Of a stretch of 56,820 bases of DNA, positions 42,201 to 52,644 are shown one piece after another. Made by a program: the position numbers and the translations under genes. Every line of letters starts with the position of its first letter. The first letter of the stretch is position 1. The notes beneath the pieces were generated by a model. The model did not search any database, was not told where the DNA came from, and saw nothing but the letters and a program-made list of their open reading frames with translations. The DNA lies in the sequence record SRR20825010_765. The stretch is one strand, 5' to 3'.

Positions 42201-43548
42201 GCAAGCCCGGGTAAGGTCCACCGATCTCTTCGGCAGTCATCAGTGTGCAACCACCAGCGCCAGTACCGGCGCAAGGCACGCGATCCATGCCAAGGAAAAT
42301 ATCCGCTTGCGCGGTATTGGGGTTATTGGTCACGGGCGTGCCCAGGGTCTGCTCTTCAGGCTCCGGGCAATTAGCATCATCGGTAATGGTGAACAGCAGG
42401 CGCGCTGCCGCATCTGCCGGGCTGGCGGTGCCGTCCAGCACCGGGCCAGCGCAAGCACCAACACTGTTACCCACCATGACGCTATGCAGAATGATATCGC
42501 GGCTAACCGCATCGGCAGGGTCATCAAACTGGGTTTGCGCCAACGTGAGAGCGACCCCATCATTGAAGGCGATGGTCATGTTGGCCAGCACCGCCACATG
42601 ATCCGTGGAGACCACGTTAAGCACGCCACCGGTATTATTAACCACCATGCCGTTGGCCAATTCCAGGTTCACAGTGGCATCTGGATCCCCATTGATGTGA
42701 ATAACGCCGGCATCGGCAGCGCCCGACCCAGCTTCGTTATCGGCCATATAAAAATCGTAGCCAATAATCGAACCTTTGAAGGTATCCGAGCTGGCAATGA
42801 CCGCGCCCACACCGGTGGCCACATTGTTTTCAAAACGCCCGCCGGCGCTGAAGACAAGGCCTGAGCCTTCCTCCAGATACATGGCCCCGCCGTTCGTTGC
42901 CATGCCCTGATTCATGGACACGTTCGCTGCGATAATAACCGGCCCCATGGCATAAATCAGGCCACCGTTATCGGCACCCGCATTACCATCGGTCAGCTCA
43001 AGATTGCTCAGCGACATGGCGCCGCCATCGTAGACATGAATCAATCGGGAATTACCTGCTGCGGTGATCACCGGCAGGGTTTTGCCTTCAGGTTCTTCGA
43101 AAGCATCAAGGATTAGGTCAAACTGGACCTGGTTGCCCAAGGGCTCTATGTCGGCTGTTGTCACGGCCGGGTCAACCGACGTGTCTTCAGTGAATTTGAT
43201 TTGCTCGCCATTGCCGACCGGCAACTCACCTTCAGTCAGAGTGTAAACCTTGCCTTCCTGAAGTTTGATGGTATCGCTGGCGCCACCGGCCTCGCAGGCC
43301 CCCACGGCAATACGGTAATTGCTGGCATAAAGGGCTTCTCGCAACGTGCAGGTACCACCGGCGTTGTTGGTCGTCACCTCCCAGTGGGTAGTTTTATCCC
43401 AAACGCCATCAGTGTCATCGCCATCCACGGCCACGACAGTAACCACTGCATCACTGGTGTTATTGATTTCATAGACGGTTGCATGGGAGGTGGCCGCAAC
43501 AATCAAGGCGCAACCAGCAAGGCACTGCTGTAGCCCAAAGTGGCGCAT
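39250..43548 (-). CDS. Large exported protein with two CSLREA/rhombotarget-like modules and both an internal and a terminal GlyGly-CTERM
   Basis: Signal peptide; CTLREA twice; D.RG..R...RCD.GA.E twice; Ig-like D.L.ND twice; internal GG-TM-RR plus signal peptide; terminal GSGGSIGWAMLGGLILLLRRR. Confidence 0.85.
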   Translation of the reverse strand: MRHFGLQQCLAGCALIVAATSHATVYEINNTSDAVVTVVAVDGDDTDGVWDKTTHWEVTTNNAGGTCTLREALYASNYRIAVGACEAGGASDTIKLQEGKVYTLTEGELPVGNGEQIKFTEDTSVDPAVTTADIEPLGNQVQFDLILDAFEEPEGKTLPVITAAGNSRLIHVYDGGAMSLSNLELTDGNAGADNGGLIYAMGPVIIAANVSMNQGMATNGGAMYLEEGSGLVFSAGGRFENNVATGVGAVIASSDTFKGSIIGYDFYMADNEAGSGAADAGVIHINGDPDATVNLELANGMVVNNTGGVLNVVSTDHVAVLANMTIAFNDGVALTLAQTQFDDPADAVSRDIILHSVMVGNSVGACAGPVLDGTASPADAAARLLFTITDDANCPEPEEQTLGTPVTNNPNTAQADIFLGMDRVPCAGTGAGGCTLMTAEEIGGPYPGLLPNPTPAALAGDPMAPSLFDRASPETATVDQCESTDNRGNSRGGPAGRCDVGAVEFLRARAQPDEVDLISGQSVLADVLENDRNDTEVDCGLLEDVVVAEGVCNIGETDCIADAIQDRCLVVVAQPSRGSARVEIDADGYPRIRYTSGSSFHGVDQLRYEVDKDAFFGGTDLGQNQSEITNLVAEPASGLTEKKSIGAQGGMMLALLALAGLVRRYRLSSKRALALVSALLSGPALAVDIEVNSLVDQFPPITNDGKCTLREALENAGGSGSPDCAYGGNSSDRILIPAGEIHLATTLIIEGGSVELVGKGVRDVDPADDEETLTRIIGNGTERLFEVEPPNPSSGHPGVTFRYLTLEDGVATGSGETGSGAVITTGGSVIFDRVVITNNHADASAGVAYVRSNAGNEKLVTFNRAYVYNNTAGVAGGVISTTTQNNDNVKVALIDSTFEGNTSVTKGGVLDANINAGSVTVSNSTFVDNMSPQGAALDLTNIVVGATIMNSTFMNNTGGGLGIDLGDAPSEIQMANSIYFDSGAACTSGATVLHESHYNAFSDAACAATTESNNQTSLGSADLDSTLSGEDGVADDYTPPFLSMSDPENDAILVDKGNDEALVSGTGTPLRCRSVDLRGISRTSGGRCDLGAFEYQKITAGDDEGTNKNRPGRQVAVDILDNDLASDGAEIVYLDDVDPSLFLDNVFAFEHAEPNSADPVEYVGTGDLYQQDMSERTRFELINPANPDADGAIIDFVWLYYNPDRDGYDLRCGEPISQKVIDANPDLLEDGDVADECVVLFTPPTTAGFETNVCQSTDDNPLKMAFLYTFTDSNNVSVNTNDAATVVMTINDKAPALDNQSKMNQPGATVRFNLTASDPDDPDAEIDWSNYDISVSQAPSFAKKDENGNVVGAGLFIDNDNGIVTYIPQSNYNTFKDVFTLTVEDTNCGTVSQQATFTVSYPNNETSAGSGGSIGWAMLGGLILLLRRRVAA

Positions 43549-43732
43549 TTTGTTCTCCTGCAGGCTTTTTGCCTGGCGTTATTGTTCTAATGTGGTTCTT
43601 GCGCTTGCGGGTATACAAACAGAGGCATCGTGTCGCCAGCCAAGCGCCACGCATGTGTAACCCAGTGTAATCAAGCGCAATATGTCGCCAATTCAGGTAG
43701 CGAACTGTTGTTTATTCGTTAAGCGCCCATTT

Positions 43733-44422
43733 TTACCACCCCAGCGCATCCTTGACAAAGGGAATCGTGACAGAGCGTTGTTGCGCCAGGGCCAGACGGT
43801 CCAGATCGCTCAATAATTCCATCAAGGCGCCAGCGGAACGTTCACTGCGCAATACGATGTAATGGGCTACTTCAGGCTCCAGCCGCAAGCCCCGAGCCCT
43901 GGCTCTTTCCTGTAATAGCGCCTGTAAATCCTCGTCTTCCAGCGACATCAGCCGGTAGACCGGCCCCGCCGCCAGACGGGTAGCCAGATCAGGCAGCATC
44001 AAGCCCATGGCTCCCGGCGACGCATTGGCGGTGACCAGTAATCGTCCGCCCAACGACATCAGCCGGTTATAAAGGTGAAAGAGGGCTTCTTCCCAGGCAG
44101 GCAGACCGGCAAATAACTGGCAATCATCAATGGCCAGCAATCCGAACTGTTCCATGGATTCCAGCACGTCAGGGACCAGTGGAATGATTTCGCTGGCAGG
44201 CAACAGGCAGGCATCCAGACCATTGTGCTGGGCCAGACGCACGGCCCCTTCCAGCAAATGGCTTTTGCCCTGCCCGTCACCGGCCCAGAAAAAGGCTTGT
44301 CGGTCGACGCCTTCCACAGCCTCATGCAGCCCGGCAACGGCTGCGCCATTGGGGCCCGCGTGGAAATTATCCAGGGCATTGCCCTCGCGAAGCTGCAGGG
44401 CCAGGGGAAGTTGCGCACTCAT
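43733..44422 (-). CDS. hda: DnaA regulatory inactivator Hda
   Basis: QLPL clamp-binding motif, G.GKSHL, WEEALFHLYN, PDL.TRL, TIPFVK. Confidence 0.93.
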   Translation of the reverse strand: MSAQLPLALQLREGNALDNFHAGPNGAAVAGLHEAVEGVDRQAFFWAGDGQGKSHLLEGAVRLAQHNGLDACLLPASEIIPLVPDVLESMEQFGLLAIDDCQLFAGLPAWEEALFHLYNRLMSLGGRLLVTANASPGAMGLMLPDLATRLAAGPVYRLMSLEDEDLQALLQERARARGLRLEPEVAHYIVLRSERSAGALMELLSDLDRLALAQQRSVTIPFVKDALGW

Positions 44423-44426
44423 CGGA

Positions 44427-45437
44427 TCAACGCCAGCAGTAATGCCATTGGGGCCCGGCCACCGCCGGATCCGGGCAGGCGCGCAACTGGGGAGACAGCT
44501 CCAGCAGGTTGCGCAGCTGCTCGTCACTGGCACTGAAATCCAGCCCAAAGGTCAGCGTAGTACCGGAGGCCTGTACCAGTGAGGCTCGACGCATCCCGCT
44601 CAGGCCCGCCAGAAATTGTTGTAACGTAAACCAGTCCTGCAGCTGGTCGACCTGATCCACCACCAGCAGGGTGCGCAAATCGCTTACTGCGCCTTTCACC
44701 GCATAGCGGGCGGCCAGCTGGTCGGTGACACGGTCGATCAACGCAGTCACGGCCTCTTCGTCGTTCGCCGTTTTCTCCCGGCCGTCTTCCAGAGTGCTTT
44801 TGTCTTTCAGGACTCGCCAGCTCACCGTGGCCGGCTCACCCTGATACAGCACCGCAGCAGCAATCAGCTCATGGGGGTAGCGGCTGGAGGCGTCACGCAA
44901 TTGCTGATCGAAACGGCCACGGATGTCTGCCACGTTCAAACGCCCCTGATCCTCGCTATCCCACTTCGGGATGACGAGGGTCAGGCCACGTCGCTGGGCT
45001 TGCGCAACCAACTGCGCATAAAGCGGGTGACCGTCCACCACCATCTCGCCGCGGCCTGCGCCCTGCTCCACCAGCCAGAGCAGCACCCTGGGCCGAGGCA
45101 TCCCCCACACCGATGCGCCCTGCTCCGCCATGAAGGCCATTAGGCCATTCACGTCATAACGGGCCTGCAAGGCACTGCTGCCATCATCCAGCGTGTTGTA
45201 ATCGTAGCGGGTCACCCAGCGATCCAGCCGTGAAGCGGCTTCACTAGCCACCGCCTCATTGAGTACATCCCGCTGCCCGCTCAGACGCACCAGCATCTGC
45301 TCCAGGCCCTCAGCCAACGCGTCCTGCCGCTGCGCGTCGCCACGGCCATCCACCGGCACCTGCACTGTATCCAGCGATTCTGCCTGGGCCAGCAGGCTCC
45401 ATCCCAACAACACGGCCAACAATCCAATAAAACGCAT
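44427..45437 (-). CDS. DUF2066 family periplasmic protein
   Basis: Signal peptide, LVRLSG, W...RP..L.WL, A..RG; located between purM and hda. Confidence 0.8.
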   Translation of the reverse strand: MRFIGLLAVLLGWSLLAQAESLDTVQVPVDGRGDAQRQDALAEGLEQMLVRLSGQRDVLNEAVASEAASRLDRWVTRYDYNTLDDGSSALQARYDVNGLMAFMAEQGASVWGMPRPRVLLWLVEQGAGRGEMVVDGHPLYAQLVAQAQRRGLTLVIPKWDSEDQGRLNVADIRGRFDQQLRDASSRYPHELIAAAVLYQGEPATVSWRVLKDKSTLEDGREKTANDEEAVTALIDRVTDQLAARYAVKGAVSDLRTLLVVDQVDQLQDWFTLQQFLAGLSGMRRASLVQASGTTLTFGLDFSASDEQLRNLLELSPQLRACPDPAVAGPQWHYCWR

Positions 45438-45664
45438 GGGCGCTCATTCCAACCGAAAATTCAAGCGCGCTATTATCACCTATTCACCTCAGCCACGCGA
45501 ACCCGTTTCCGGCAAATTACAGGGCAAATCCCTGAGCGAAGCGACCTTATCTGTCGGACGAAACCCGCTTTCCCTGAGTTTAACGCCCCAAGGCGTCACG
45601 CAGAGGTTCCCCAGCAGGCAGGCCCGTTGCTAGAATACGCGCCTTCACCAACCCGGAGCCCCCC

Positions 45665-46708
45665 ATGACCGAACAGAAACGGCCACTGACGTACCGTGAC
45701 GCAGGTGTCGATATCGACGCCGGTAACGAGCTGGTTAAACGCATCGCCCCTGTTGCCAAGCGGACCCGTCGCCCGGAAGTGCTGGGCGGTCTCGGCGGTT
45801 TCGGTGCCCTCTGCGAGTTGCCCACCAAATACAAGAACCCGGTTCTGGTGGCAGGCACTGACGGTGTGGGTACCAAGCTGCGGCTGGCCATCGACCACAA
45901 CCGTCATGAAAAAGTGGGGGTAGACCTGGTCGCCATGTGCGTTAACGACCTGATCGTGGGCGGCGCCGAGCCCCTGTTCTTCCTGGACTACTACGCCACC
46001 GGCAAGCTGGACGTGGAGATTGCCACCAGCGTGGTCACCGGTATTGGCGAAGGCTGCGAACTGGCCGGTTGCGCCCTGATCGGCGGTGAAACCGCAGAAA
46101 TGCCCGGCATGTATGAAGGCGAAGACTACGACCTGGCGGGTTTCTGCGTAGGCGTGGTGGAAAAAGACGGCGTACTGGATGGCAGCAAGGTCGAAGCCGG
46201 CGACAAGCTGATCGCTCTGGGCGCCTCCGGCCCCCACTCCAACGGCTACTCCCTGATTCGCCGTATCATGGCCCAGGCAGACACTGACATCGATCTGGAC
46301 GGCAAGCCGTTGATCGAGCACCTGCTGGAACCCACCCGCATTTACGTTAAGTCCCTGCTCAAGTTGATTGAACAGGTGCCTGTCCACGCCATGGCACACA
46401 TCACTGGCGGTGGCCTGCCAGAAAACCTGCCGCGGGTTCTGCCGGACAACGTCCGTGCCGTGATCGACACCAAAAGCTGGGAATTCCCGGCCGTATTCCA
46501 GTGGTTGCAGCAGGAAGGCCAGGTGCCCGCCTTTGAGATGTACCGCACCTTCAACTGCGGCGTGGGCATGGTCATCGCTGTCCCCGCCAGCCACGTGGAC
46601 GACGCCCTCGCCCTGCTGGAAGCCGAAGGCGAAAACGCCTTCCTGATCGGCGAAATCCAGGCCGGCGACGGCGAGCCGGACGTAGTGTTGGACGGACTGC
46701 CAGAGTGA
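45665..46708 (+). CDS. purM: Phosphoribosylformylglycinamidine cyclo-ligase
   Basis: [33 protein letters not shown]. Confidence 0.97.
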   Translation: MTEQKRPLTYRDAGVDIDAGNELVKRIAPVAKRTRRPEVLGGLGGFGALCELPTKYKNPVLVAGTDGVGTKLRLAIDHNRHEKVGVDLVAMCVNDLIVGGAEPLFFLDYYATGKLDVEIATSVVTGIGEGCELAGCALIGGETAEMPGMYEGEDYDLAGFCVGVVEKDGVLDGSKVEAGDKLIALGASGPHSNGYSLIRRIMAQADTDIDLDGKPLIEHLLEPTRIYVKSLLKLIEQVPVHAMAHITGGGLPENLPRVLPDNVRAVIDTKSWEFPAVFQWLQQEGQVPAFEMYRTFNCGVGMVIAVPASHVDDALALLEAEGENAFLIGEIQAGDGEPDVVLDGLPE

Positions 46709-47346
46709 CACACCAGCTGGCGGTATTGATCAGCGGCTCAGGCACCAACCTGCAAGCGATCATGGATGCCCAAAAAGCAGGTACCCTCGACGCCGAGATT
46801 GCCGTGGTGTTTTCCAATCGCGCCAACGCCGCCGGCCTTGAGCGGGCCGCACAGGCGGGCATCCCCACCGCCAGCCTGGATCACCGCGACTACCCGGACC
46901 GGGAGCAGTTCGACCAGGCCATGATCGAGGTGCTCACCCCCTACGCCCCGGATACCGTGGTGCTGGCCGGTTTCATGCGCATCCTTTCAGCCGTCTTTGT
47001 ACGCCATTACGCCGGGCAACTGATCAACATCCACCCCTCCCTGTTGCCAAAATATCGCGGGCTGAATACCCATGCCCGCGCCCTGGAAGCCGGCGACAGC
47101 GAACACGGCTGCTCCATTCACTTCGTCACAGAAGAGCTGGATGGCGGCCCACTGATTGCCCAGGCCCCCATTTCAGTGCATGCGAACGATACCGTTGATT
47201 CCCTGTCCAAGCGTGTACAACAACGCGAACACCTGCTCTATCCTCAAGTGCTGCAATGGCGGGCACAAGATAGACTGGAACTGACTGACAACGGAGTCGT
47301 ACTGGATGGGAAGCCACTCCCTGCGCAGGGTTACGCACTGGCGTAA
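46705..47346 (+). CDS. purN: Phosphoribosylglycinamide formyltransferase
   Basis: [27 protein letters not shown]. Confidence 0.97.
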   Translation: MTHQLAVLISGSGTNLQAIMDAQKAGTLDAEIAVVFSNRANAAGLERAAQAGIPTASLDHRDYPDREQFDQAMIEVLTPYAPDTVVLAGFMRILSAVFVRHYAGQLINIHPSLLPKYRGLNTHARALEAGDSEHGCSIHFVTEELDGGPLIAQAPISVHANDTVDSLSKRVQQREHLLYPQVLQWRAQDRLELTDNGVVLDGKPLPAQGYALA

Positions 47347-48067
47347 TTCCCTACGCATCTCTCTACGCAACCCCCTGATTCTCGCTGCTATCCTGCTGGC
47401 GACTTTTGCCTTTTCTTCCGTCGCCACCGGGGACGAAACGCCATCACCGTTTCGTCTGGACTACCGCCTGAAAAGCGAAGGCATTCCATTCAGCATCGTC
47501 GCCACCCGCTCTCTCAGCCAGGTTCAGGACGGGCTCTGGAAAATGGAAGTCCACGCCAAAAACTGGCTCGGCGAGATTCGCGAAACCGCCCTGTTCAACT
47601 GGCAAGGCTGCACCCCCCTGAGCAATTACTACGGTTACGAGCGCCGCGGACTGGGCAAGGTCAAAGAGGCCAAACTGCACATTGATCGCCAGACCGGCGT
47701 GGCCGCCAGCGAACGTACCGACAAACCCATGCGCAGCTACGACGTAAGTGATAACGCCACCGATGAACTCTCCGTCTCCCTGGCCCTGCAGTGCGAATTG
47801 CGCGACGGCGCCAGAGAAATAGAACTGCAGGTGGCCGATGAGCGTGCGCAGAAAACCCACCACTACACCGTCACTGGCGCAGAAACACTGACCATCGATG
47901 GCGACAAGGTGGAAACGCTAAAAGTGCAACGTCAACGCGGTAAAAACAGCGACCGGCAGACCTACATGTGGTTCGCACCGGGTCATGACTATACGCTGGT
48001 GCAGCTGATGCAGAAGAACGATGATGGCGAACACCTGATGACCCTGCAATCACTGAAAGGACTCTGA
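47306..48067 (+). CDS. DUF3108 family exported protein (start uncertain)
   Basis: Signal-like hydrophobic stretch, D.LS..L.L, WFAP...Y..V. Confidence 0.7.
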   Translation: MGSHSLRRVTHWRNSLRISLRNPLILAAILLATFAFSSVATGDETPSPFRLDYRLKSEGIPFSIVATRSLSQVQDGLWKMEVHAKNWLGEIRETALFNWQGCTPLSNYYGYERRGLGKVKEAKLHIDRQTGVAASERTDKPMRSYDVSDNATDELSVSLALQCELRDGAREIELQVADERAQKTHHYTVTGAETLTIDGDKVETLKVQRQRGKNSDRQTYMWFAPGHDYTLVQLMQKNDDGEHLMTLQSLKGL

Positions 48068-48069
48068 GC

Positions 48070-48798
48070 GTGCGGTTGATTTCACTTTTGCTGGTGCTGG
48101 CCAGCAGCCTGGCCACAGCCAACGAACCCCTGGCCCCCTTTTCAGCCGAATTTCGGATTTATGTGAACAAGCTGCCCACCCCGGTCAAAGCCGAACTGGT
48201 GCTGGAACCGGCAGAGGGCGACGACTACTACCATATGTTGCTCAAGGCGAAATCGTTTCTGCTCAGCAACACCGAGGAAAGCTATTTTCACTGGCGTGAC
48301 TGCCAGCCGCGCACAGCGCGCTACGTGCATGAATTCAAGGGGTTCGGTCAGCGGCGCTTTCACCATATGGACTTTGAGTGGAACCCGCCACGGGTGCACA
48401 ACGAATCCGAAGACGACAAGGAAAGCCTGGATATTCCCGACGACACGCTCGATGAGCTGACTATTCTGCTACGCGGGCGCTGCGTGTTTGCCACCGGCGA
48501 CAAGTCTTACTCGGTGACCAGCGTGTACGGCGACAAAGTGCGTGAGCATCATTTTGAAGTGATCGACAGGGAAACCCTGAAAACACCGCTGGGCAAACTG
48601 GATACCCTGCTGGTGGAAAAGAAGCGCACCGGGGACAGCAAAGAAAAACGGCGCACCCTGTTCTGGGTAGCGCCGCAGCTGGATTACATGGTGGTGCAGG
48701 CAAAACACATTGAAAGCACCCTGTTGAAAGCCGAAATGATCATGATCGACTACAACGGCCCGGAACTCGCTCCGGACTCAGCGCCCGCGTCAGATTAG
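48070..48798 (+). CDS. DUF3108 family exported protein (second paralog)
   Basis: Signal peptide, L.PFSA, E.L.TPLG...T, W.AP.LDY. Confidence 0.75.
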   Translation: MRLISLLLVLASSLATANEPLAPFSAEFRIYVNKLPTPVKAELVLEPAEGDDYYHMLLKAKSFLLSNTEESYFHWRDCQPRTARYVHEFKGFGQRRFHHMDFEWNPPRVHNESEDDKESLDIPDDTLDELTILLRGRCVFATGDKSYSVTSVYGDKVREHHFEVIDRETLKTPLGKLDTLLVEKKRTGDSKEKRRTLFWVAPQLDYMVVQAKHIESTLLKAEMIMIDYNGPELAPDSAPASD

Positions 48799-49364
48799 GC
48801 CCGTGGCAAGGTCACACCACGCTGCCCCTGGTACTTGCCGCCCCGATCCATGTACGAGGTTTCGCACACCTCATCGGACTCGAAGAACAACATCTGTGCC
48901 ACGCCTTCGTGGGCATAAATTTTTGCCGGCAGCGTCGTGGTGTTGGAAAACTCCAGCGTCACATGCCCTTCCCACTCGGGTTCCAGCGGCGTGACATTAA
49001 CGATAATACCGCACCGTGCGTAGGTGGATTTACCCAGGCAAATGGTCAACACATTTCGGGGAATGCGGAAATATTCCACCGTGCGGGCCAGGGCAAAAGA
49101 GTTCGGCGGGATAATGCAGTACTCCCCCTTCACATCCACAAAACTGCGCTCATCAAACGCTTTCGGGTCCACCGTGGCGGAATGGATATTGGTGAACACC
49201 TTGAACTCGTCGGCACAGCGCACATCGTAGCCATAACTGGACACGCCGTAGGAGATCAGCTTTTCACCGTTCTCATCCGCGCGAATCTGCCCGGTCTGAA
49301 ATGGCTCGATCATGCCTTTCTCGGCGGCCATGCGGGAAATCCAGCGATCCGATTTAATAGTCAT
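48795..49364 (-). CDS. dcd: dCTP deaminase
   Basis: [28 protein letters not shown]. Confidence 0.96.
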   Translation of the reverse strand: MTIKSDRWISRMAAEKGMIEPFQTGQIRADENGEKLISYGVSSYGYDVRCADEFKVFTNIHSATVDPKAFDERSFVDVKGEYCIIPPNSFALARTVEYFRIPRNVLTICLGKSTYARCGIIVNVTPLEPEWEGHVTLEFSNTTTLPAKIYAHEGVAQMLFFESDEVCETSYMDRGGKYQGQRGVTLPRA

Positions 49365-49486
49365 TTACGCCTCAATGTTCCAGAGTGGTTAGCGTTCAAG
49401 CGGCCAATGGTAGCAGCATCACTGGCCGCACGCAGCACGCCAGCGGCCCTCTGCCCTTGTTGGGCATGGGGCAGCCGGCATCGGGC

Positions 49487-50584
49487 CTAGTGCTGCACAA
49501 TATTCGGAAACGCCCGGCTCCCTGCCTCGGTCAATGACAACCGGGCCGCCAGGCGTCGAGCCGCCGCCCGGTATAGTGCAGCCTCGTCACTGTCGGGGAA
49601 CGCCTGCATCACCGGTTCGCCCTTGTCTGACTGCTCGCGAATACGCAGGGACAATGGCAGCGCAGCCAACACCTCAGTGTCATAATCTGCTGCCATTTTG
49701 TCGCCACCACCCTGACCGAAAATAGCCTCCTGATGCCCGCACTGGCTACAGACATGCATGGCCATGTTTTCCAGGATTCCCAATACCCGAATATCCACCT
49801 TGCGAAACATTTCCACGCCCTTGATGGCATCCAGCAACGCAATATCCTGCGGCGTGGTGATCACCACGGCTCCTGCCACCGGAATTTTCTGGGCCAGCGT
49901 CAGTTGAATGTCCCCGGTGCCGGGGGGCAAATCCACCAACAGATAGTCCAGCTCATGCCAGCGGGTCTGCTCCATCATCTGCACCAGCGCACCGCTGGCC
50001 TTGGGACCACGCCACACCACCGGTGTTTGTTTTGTTGTCAGATACCCCATGGACATGGTCTGCAAGCCGTAGGCGTCCACTGGCACAAAGAATTTGCCTT
50101 CCAGTACTTTCGGGCGTGTACCGTCGGGCATCCCCAGCATCAATGGCTGGCTGGGCCCGAACACGTCCGCATCCAGCAACCCAACGCGGGCGCCCTCCGC
50201 CTGTAACGCCAGCGCCAGATTCACCGCCGAGGTGGATTTGCCCACTCCGCCCTTGCCGGACGCAACGGCAATGATATTGGCGACCTGGTCCCGTGCCGGC
50301 AGGCTGCTTTGCGCCCGGTGCGGCACAATGCGGCTTTCCACCGTCACTGACAGGGCGCGCTGTTCCAGCACCGGAGCCATGTGAGAGTGAATGGCATCAA
50401 TCAGCGCATCACGAATACTGTCGCAGGGATAGCCCAGAGTCACCGTGGCCGTCACGGCAGCATCGCTCAACTGAAGCGCACTGATCCCATTGACCTGATT
50501 CAGGCTAACGCCCAGATCCTCGGGAATAAAATCGCCCAGGTGCTGTCGAATCTGCTGTTCCGATTTATCCATGGCTGAACTCAT
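49487..50584 (-). CDS. apbC: Fe-S cluster carrier ApbC/Mrp
   Basis: ASGKGGVGKST, DADVFGPS, D.PPGTGD, ENM..H.C..CG. Confidence 0.93.
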   Translation of the reverse strand: MSSAMDKSEQQIRQHLGDFIPEDLGVSLNQVNGISALQLSDAAVTATVTLGYPCDSIRDALIDAIHSHMAPVLEQRALSVTVESRIVPHRAQSSLPARDQVANIIAVASGKGGVGKSTSAVNLALALQAEGARVGLLDADVFGPSQPLMLGMPDGTRPKVLEGKFFVPVDAYGLQTMSMGYLTTKQTPVVWRGPKASGALVQMMEQTRWHELDYLLVDLPPGTGDIQLTLAQKIPVAGAVVITTPQDIALLDAIKGVEMFRKVDIRVLGILENMAMHVCSQCGHQEAIFGQGGGDKMAADYDTEVLAALPLSLRIREQSDKGEPVMQAFPDSDEAALYRAAARRLAARLSLTEAGSRAFPNIVQH

Positions 50585-50780
50585 GACTGTACTCACCGAT
50601 TGCCTCTGCCTCACGAGCTGCGATGATAGGGACTATCGGACCAACAACCAAGGGGACCTTTGCCCTGCGTTTTGTAAGGGAAACCATTCGTTTAACGGGT
50701 TTGTGCGAGATGAGTTGCGTAAACCTGACCGATCAGCAAAATAGAGCTTTGCCGCCTGCACGGCAGTACAAGGAGATATC

Positions 50781-51476
50781 ATGAAAGTTGTATCCGCTGC
50801 GACCCTGTTGATCGCTGGCACACTGGCGTTGACCGGTTGCGACAACACCACCATCAATACCTCCCGCGACAGCATTACCGTGTCCGGTAGCGGCGAAATC
50901 AACGCCCAACCGGATCGCTTCACAGTGGTCGCCACCGCCAGCGAAAATGGCGATGACATTGCCGACATGAAAGACCGCGTGGATGACGCCGTCGGCAATA
51001 TGCTGGAGCTGGCCGATGATCTGGATATCGAAGAAAAATCCGTCACTGCCAGTACCATGCGAGTCTCTCCCCAATGGCAATACCAACCCGAGCGCAAACT
51101 GATTGGCCATCAAGTCAGCCGCGACGTGAGCTTCAAGGTCGATGGCCTGGAAACCTATGCCGAGCTACTGGAAGGGTTGGCCGAACAGGGCGTACGCAAC
51201 ATCCGCCCTGCTGGCGCTGAGGTCAGCAACCGCGACGAGCTGGGCAACCAGGCACTGAAAAAAGCCGTGGCCGATGCCCGCCAGCGGGCAGAAATTATTG
51301 CCGAAGCCGCCGACCGCGACCTGGGTGAAGCCTTCGAAATCCAGGCCCAGGGCATTCACCACCCGCAACCGGTGATGATGATGGCACGCAGCAAGGAAAG
51401 CGGTGCCGCTGATAGCTACCGGGCCGGCGAAACCGAAATTTCCGCTCAGGTACAAATCACTTTTGAACTGAACTGA
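50781..51476 (+). CDS. SIMPL (DUF541) family lipoprotein
   Basis: Lipobox LTGC, ITVSGSG....PD, A..DA...A. Confidence 0.85.
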   Translation: MKVVSAATLLIAGTLALTGCDNTTINTSRDSITVSGSGEINAQPDRFTVVATASENGDDIADMKDRVDDAVGNMLELADDLDIEEKSVTASTMRVSPQWQYQPERKLIGHQVSRDVSFKVDGLETYAELLEGLAEQGVRNIRPAGAEVSNRDELGNQALKKAVADARQRAEIIAEAADRDLGEAFEIQAQGIHHPQPVMMMARSKESGAADSYRAGETEISAQVQITFELN

Positions 51477-51488
51477 TCGGGCATCTCC

Positions 51489-52526
51489 ATGGACGCACTG
51501 GGCCAGATTTGCAGCGCAGCACTCCAGCAGTACCTGGCTCACGGGCAAGCCCGTGGGCTGGATACCGCTGCGGCGCTGCAGCAGGCCAACCTGGACCCCG
51601 ACCATATCCAGAAACCGGATACCCGCATTCATGGGCAGGATTTTCAGACCCTGCTGCACGCCCTCATCAAACAATCCGCCGATCCCCTGTTCGGGTTACA
51701 CACTTCAGAGTTTGTGCAGCCCGGTTCCTACAATGTGATCGGCTATATCGCCATGAGCGCCAGCACGCTTCAGGAAGCGTTATCCAAGGTCAGCCTGTAC
51801 GAAAAGCTGGTGGGCGACATGGGCACCACAGACACGACTCTCGACGCCCACCAGGTAGCCATCCGCTGGGATTGCCTGTATCGCCAGCAACCCGCACGCC
51901 AGCATCTGATCGATAATGTTCTCGGCTCATGGGTGCGCTACTCCCGCTGGCTCACCGGCAACGACTTATTGGCACCGGATCAGGTCTGGCTGGAACACCC
52001 CACCCCTCCACCGGCACAGGTAGAGGAATACCGGCGTGTGTTTCTCTGCGATGTATTGTTCGAACAACCCTGCTCCGCCCTGGTCGGCGCGCCGCAATTA
52101 TTGCAGCAGCCCATACGACAACCCGACCCGTTACTGCTCTCTACCCTGGAGGCCCACGCCATCCAGCAACTGAACCAACTGGGTGTGGACACCAATCTCA
52201 GCCAGCGGGTCAAACAGTGCATTCAGGATGCCATTGGCCATTCCCTGCCTCGCAAGGAAACCGTTGCCGAGCGGCTGGGCATGAATGTACGTACCCTGCA
52301 TCGCCGGCTGGCCGACGAAGACCAGAGCTGGCAAAAACTGCTCGATGACGTGCGCCTGAAACAGGCACGTCACCTGCTCACCACCACCGCCCTGCCCCAG
52401 GCCGATATCGCCGCCGCCCTGGGCTATTCCGATATTCGTTCCTTCCAGCGCAGCTTCAAACGCCACACCGCCATGACCCCGGGGCAATACCGGGCCAAAC
52501 CCGGCAATAAGCAAATACACTCATAA
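51489..52526 (+). CDS. AraC family transcriptional regulator (OruR-like)
   Basis: DP.FGL, RTLHRRL, LGYSD..SF.RSFK. Confidence 0.9.
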   Translation: MDALGQICSAALQQYLAHGQARGLDTAAALQQANLDPDHIQKPDTRIHGQDFQTLLHALIKQSADPLFGLHTSEFVQPGSYNVIGYIAMSASTLQEALSKVSLYEKLVGDMGTTDTTLDAHQVAIRWDCLYRQQPARQHLIDNVLGSWVRYSRWLTGNDLLAPDQVWLEHPTPPPAQVEEYRRVFLCDVLFEQPCSALVGAPQLLQQPIRQPDPLLLSTLEAHAIQQLNQLGVDTNLSQRVKQCIQDAIGHSLPRKETVAERLGMNVRTLHRRLADEDQSWQKLLDDVRLKQARHLLTTTALPQADIAAALGYSDIRSFQRSFKRHTAMTPGQYRAKPGNKQIHS

Positions 52527-52644
52527 AAACAGACACTTTTATCTGCGCCTCTGTGCTTTTTGTCCTACAAACACTTAAACGCGGCCCTCTCTCCTGTCTA
52601 TACTGACATCAATCAATGACAACAATGAATGGTGGAGAGCCTCA

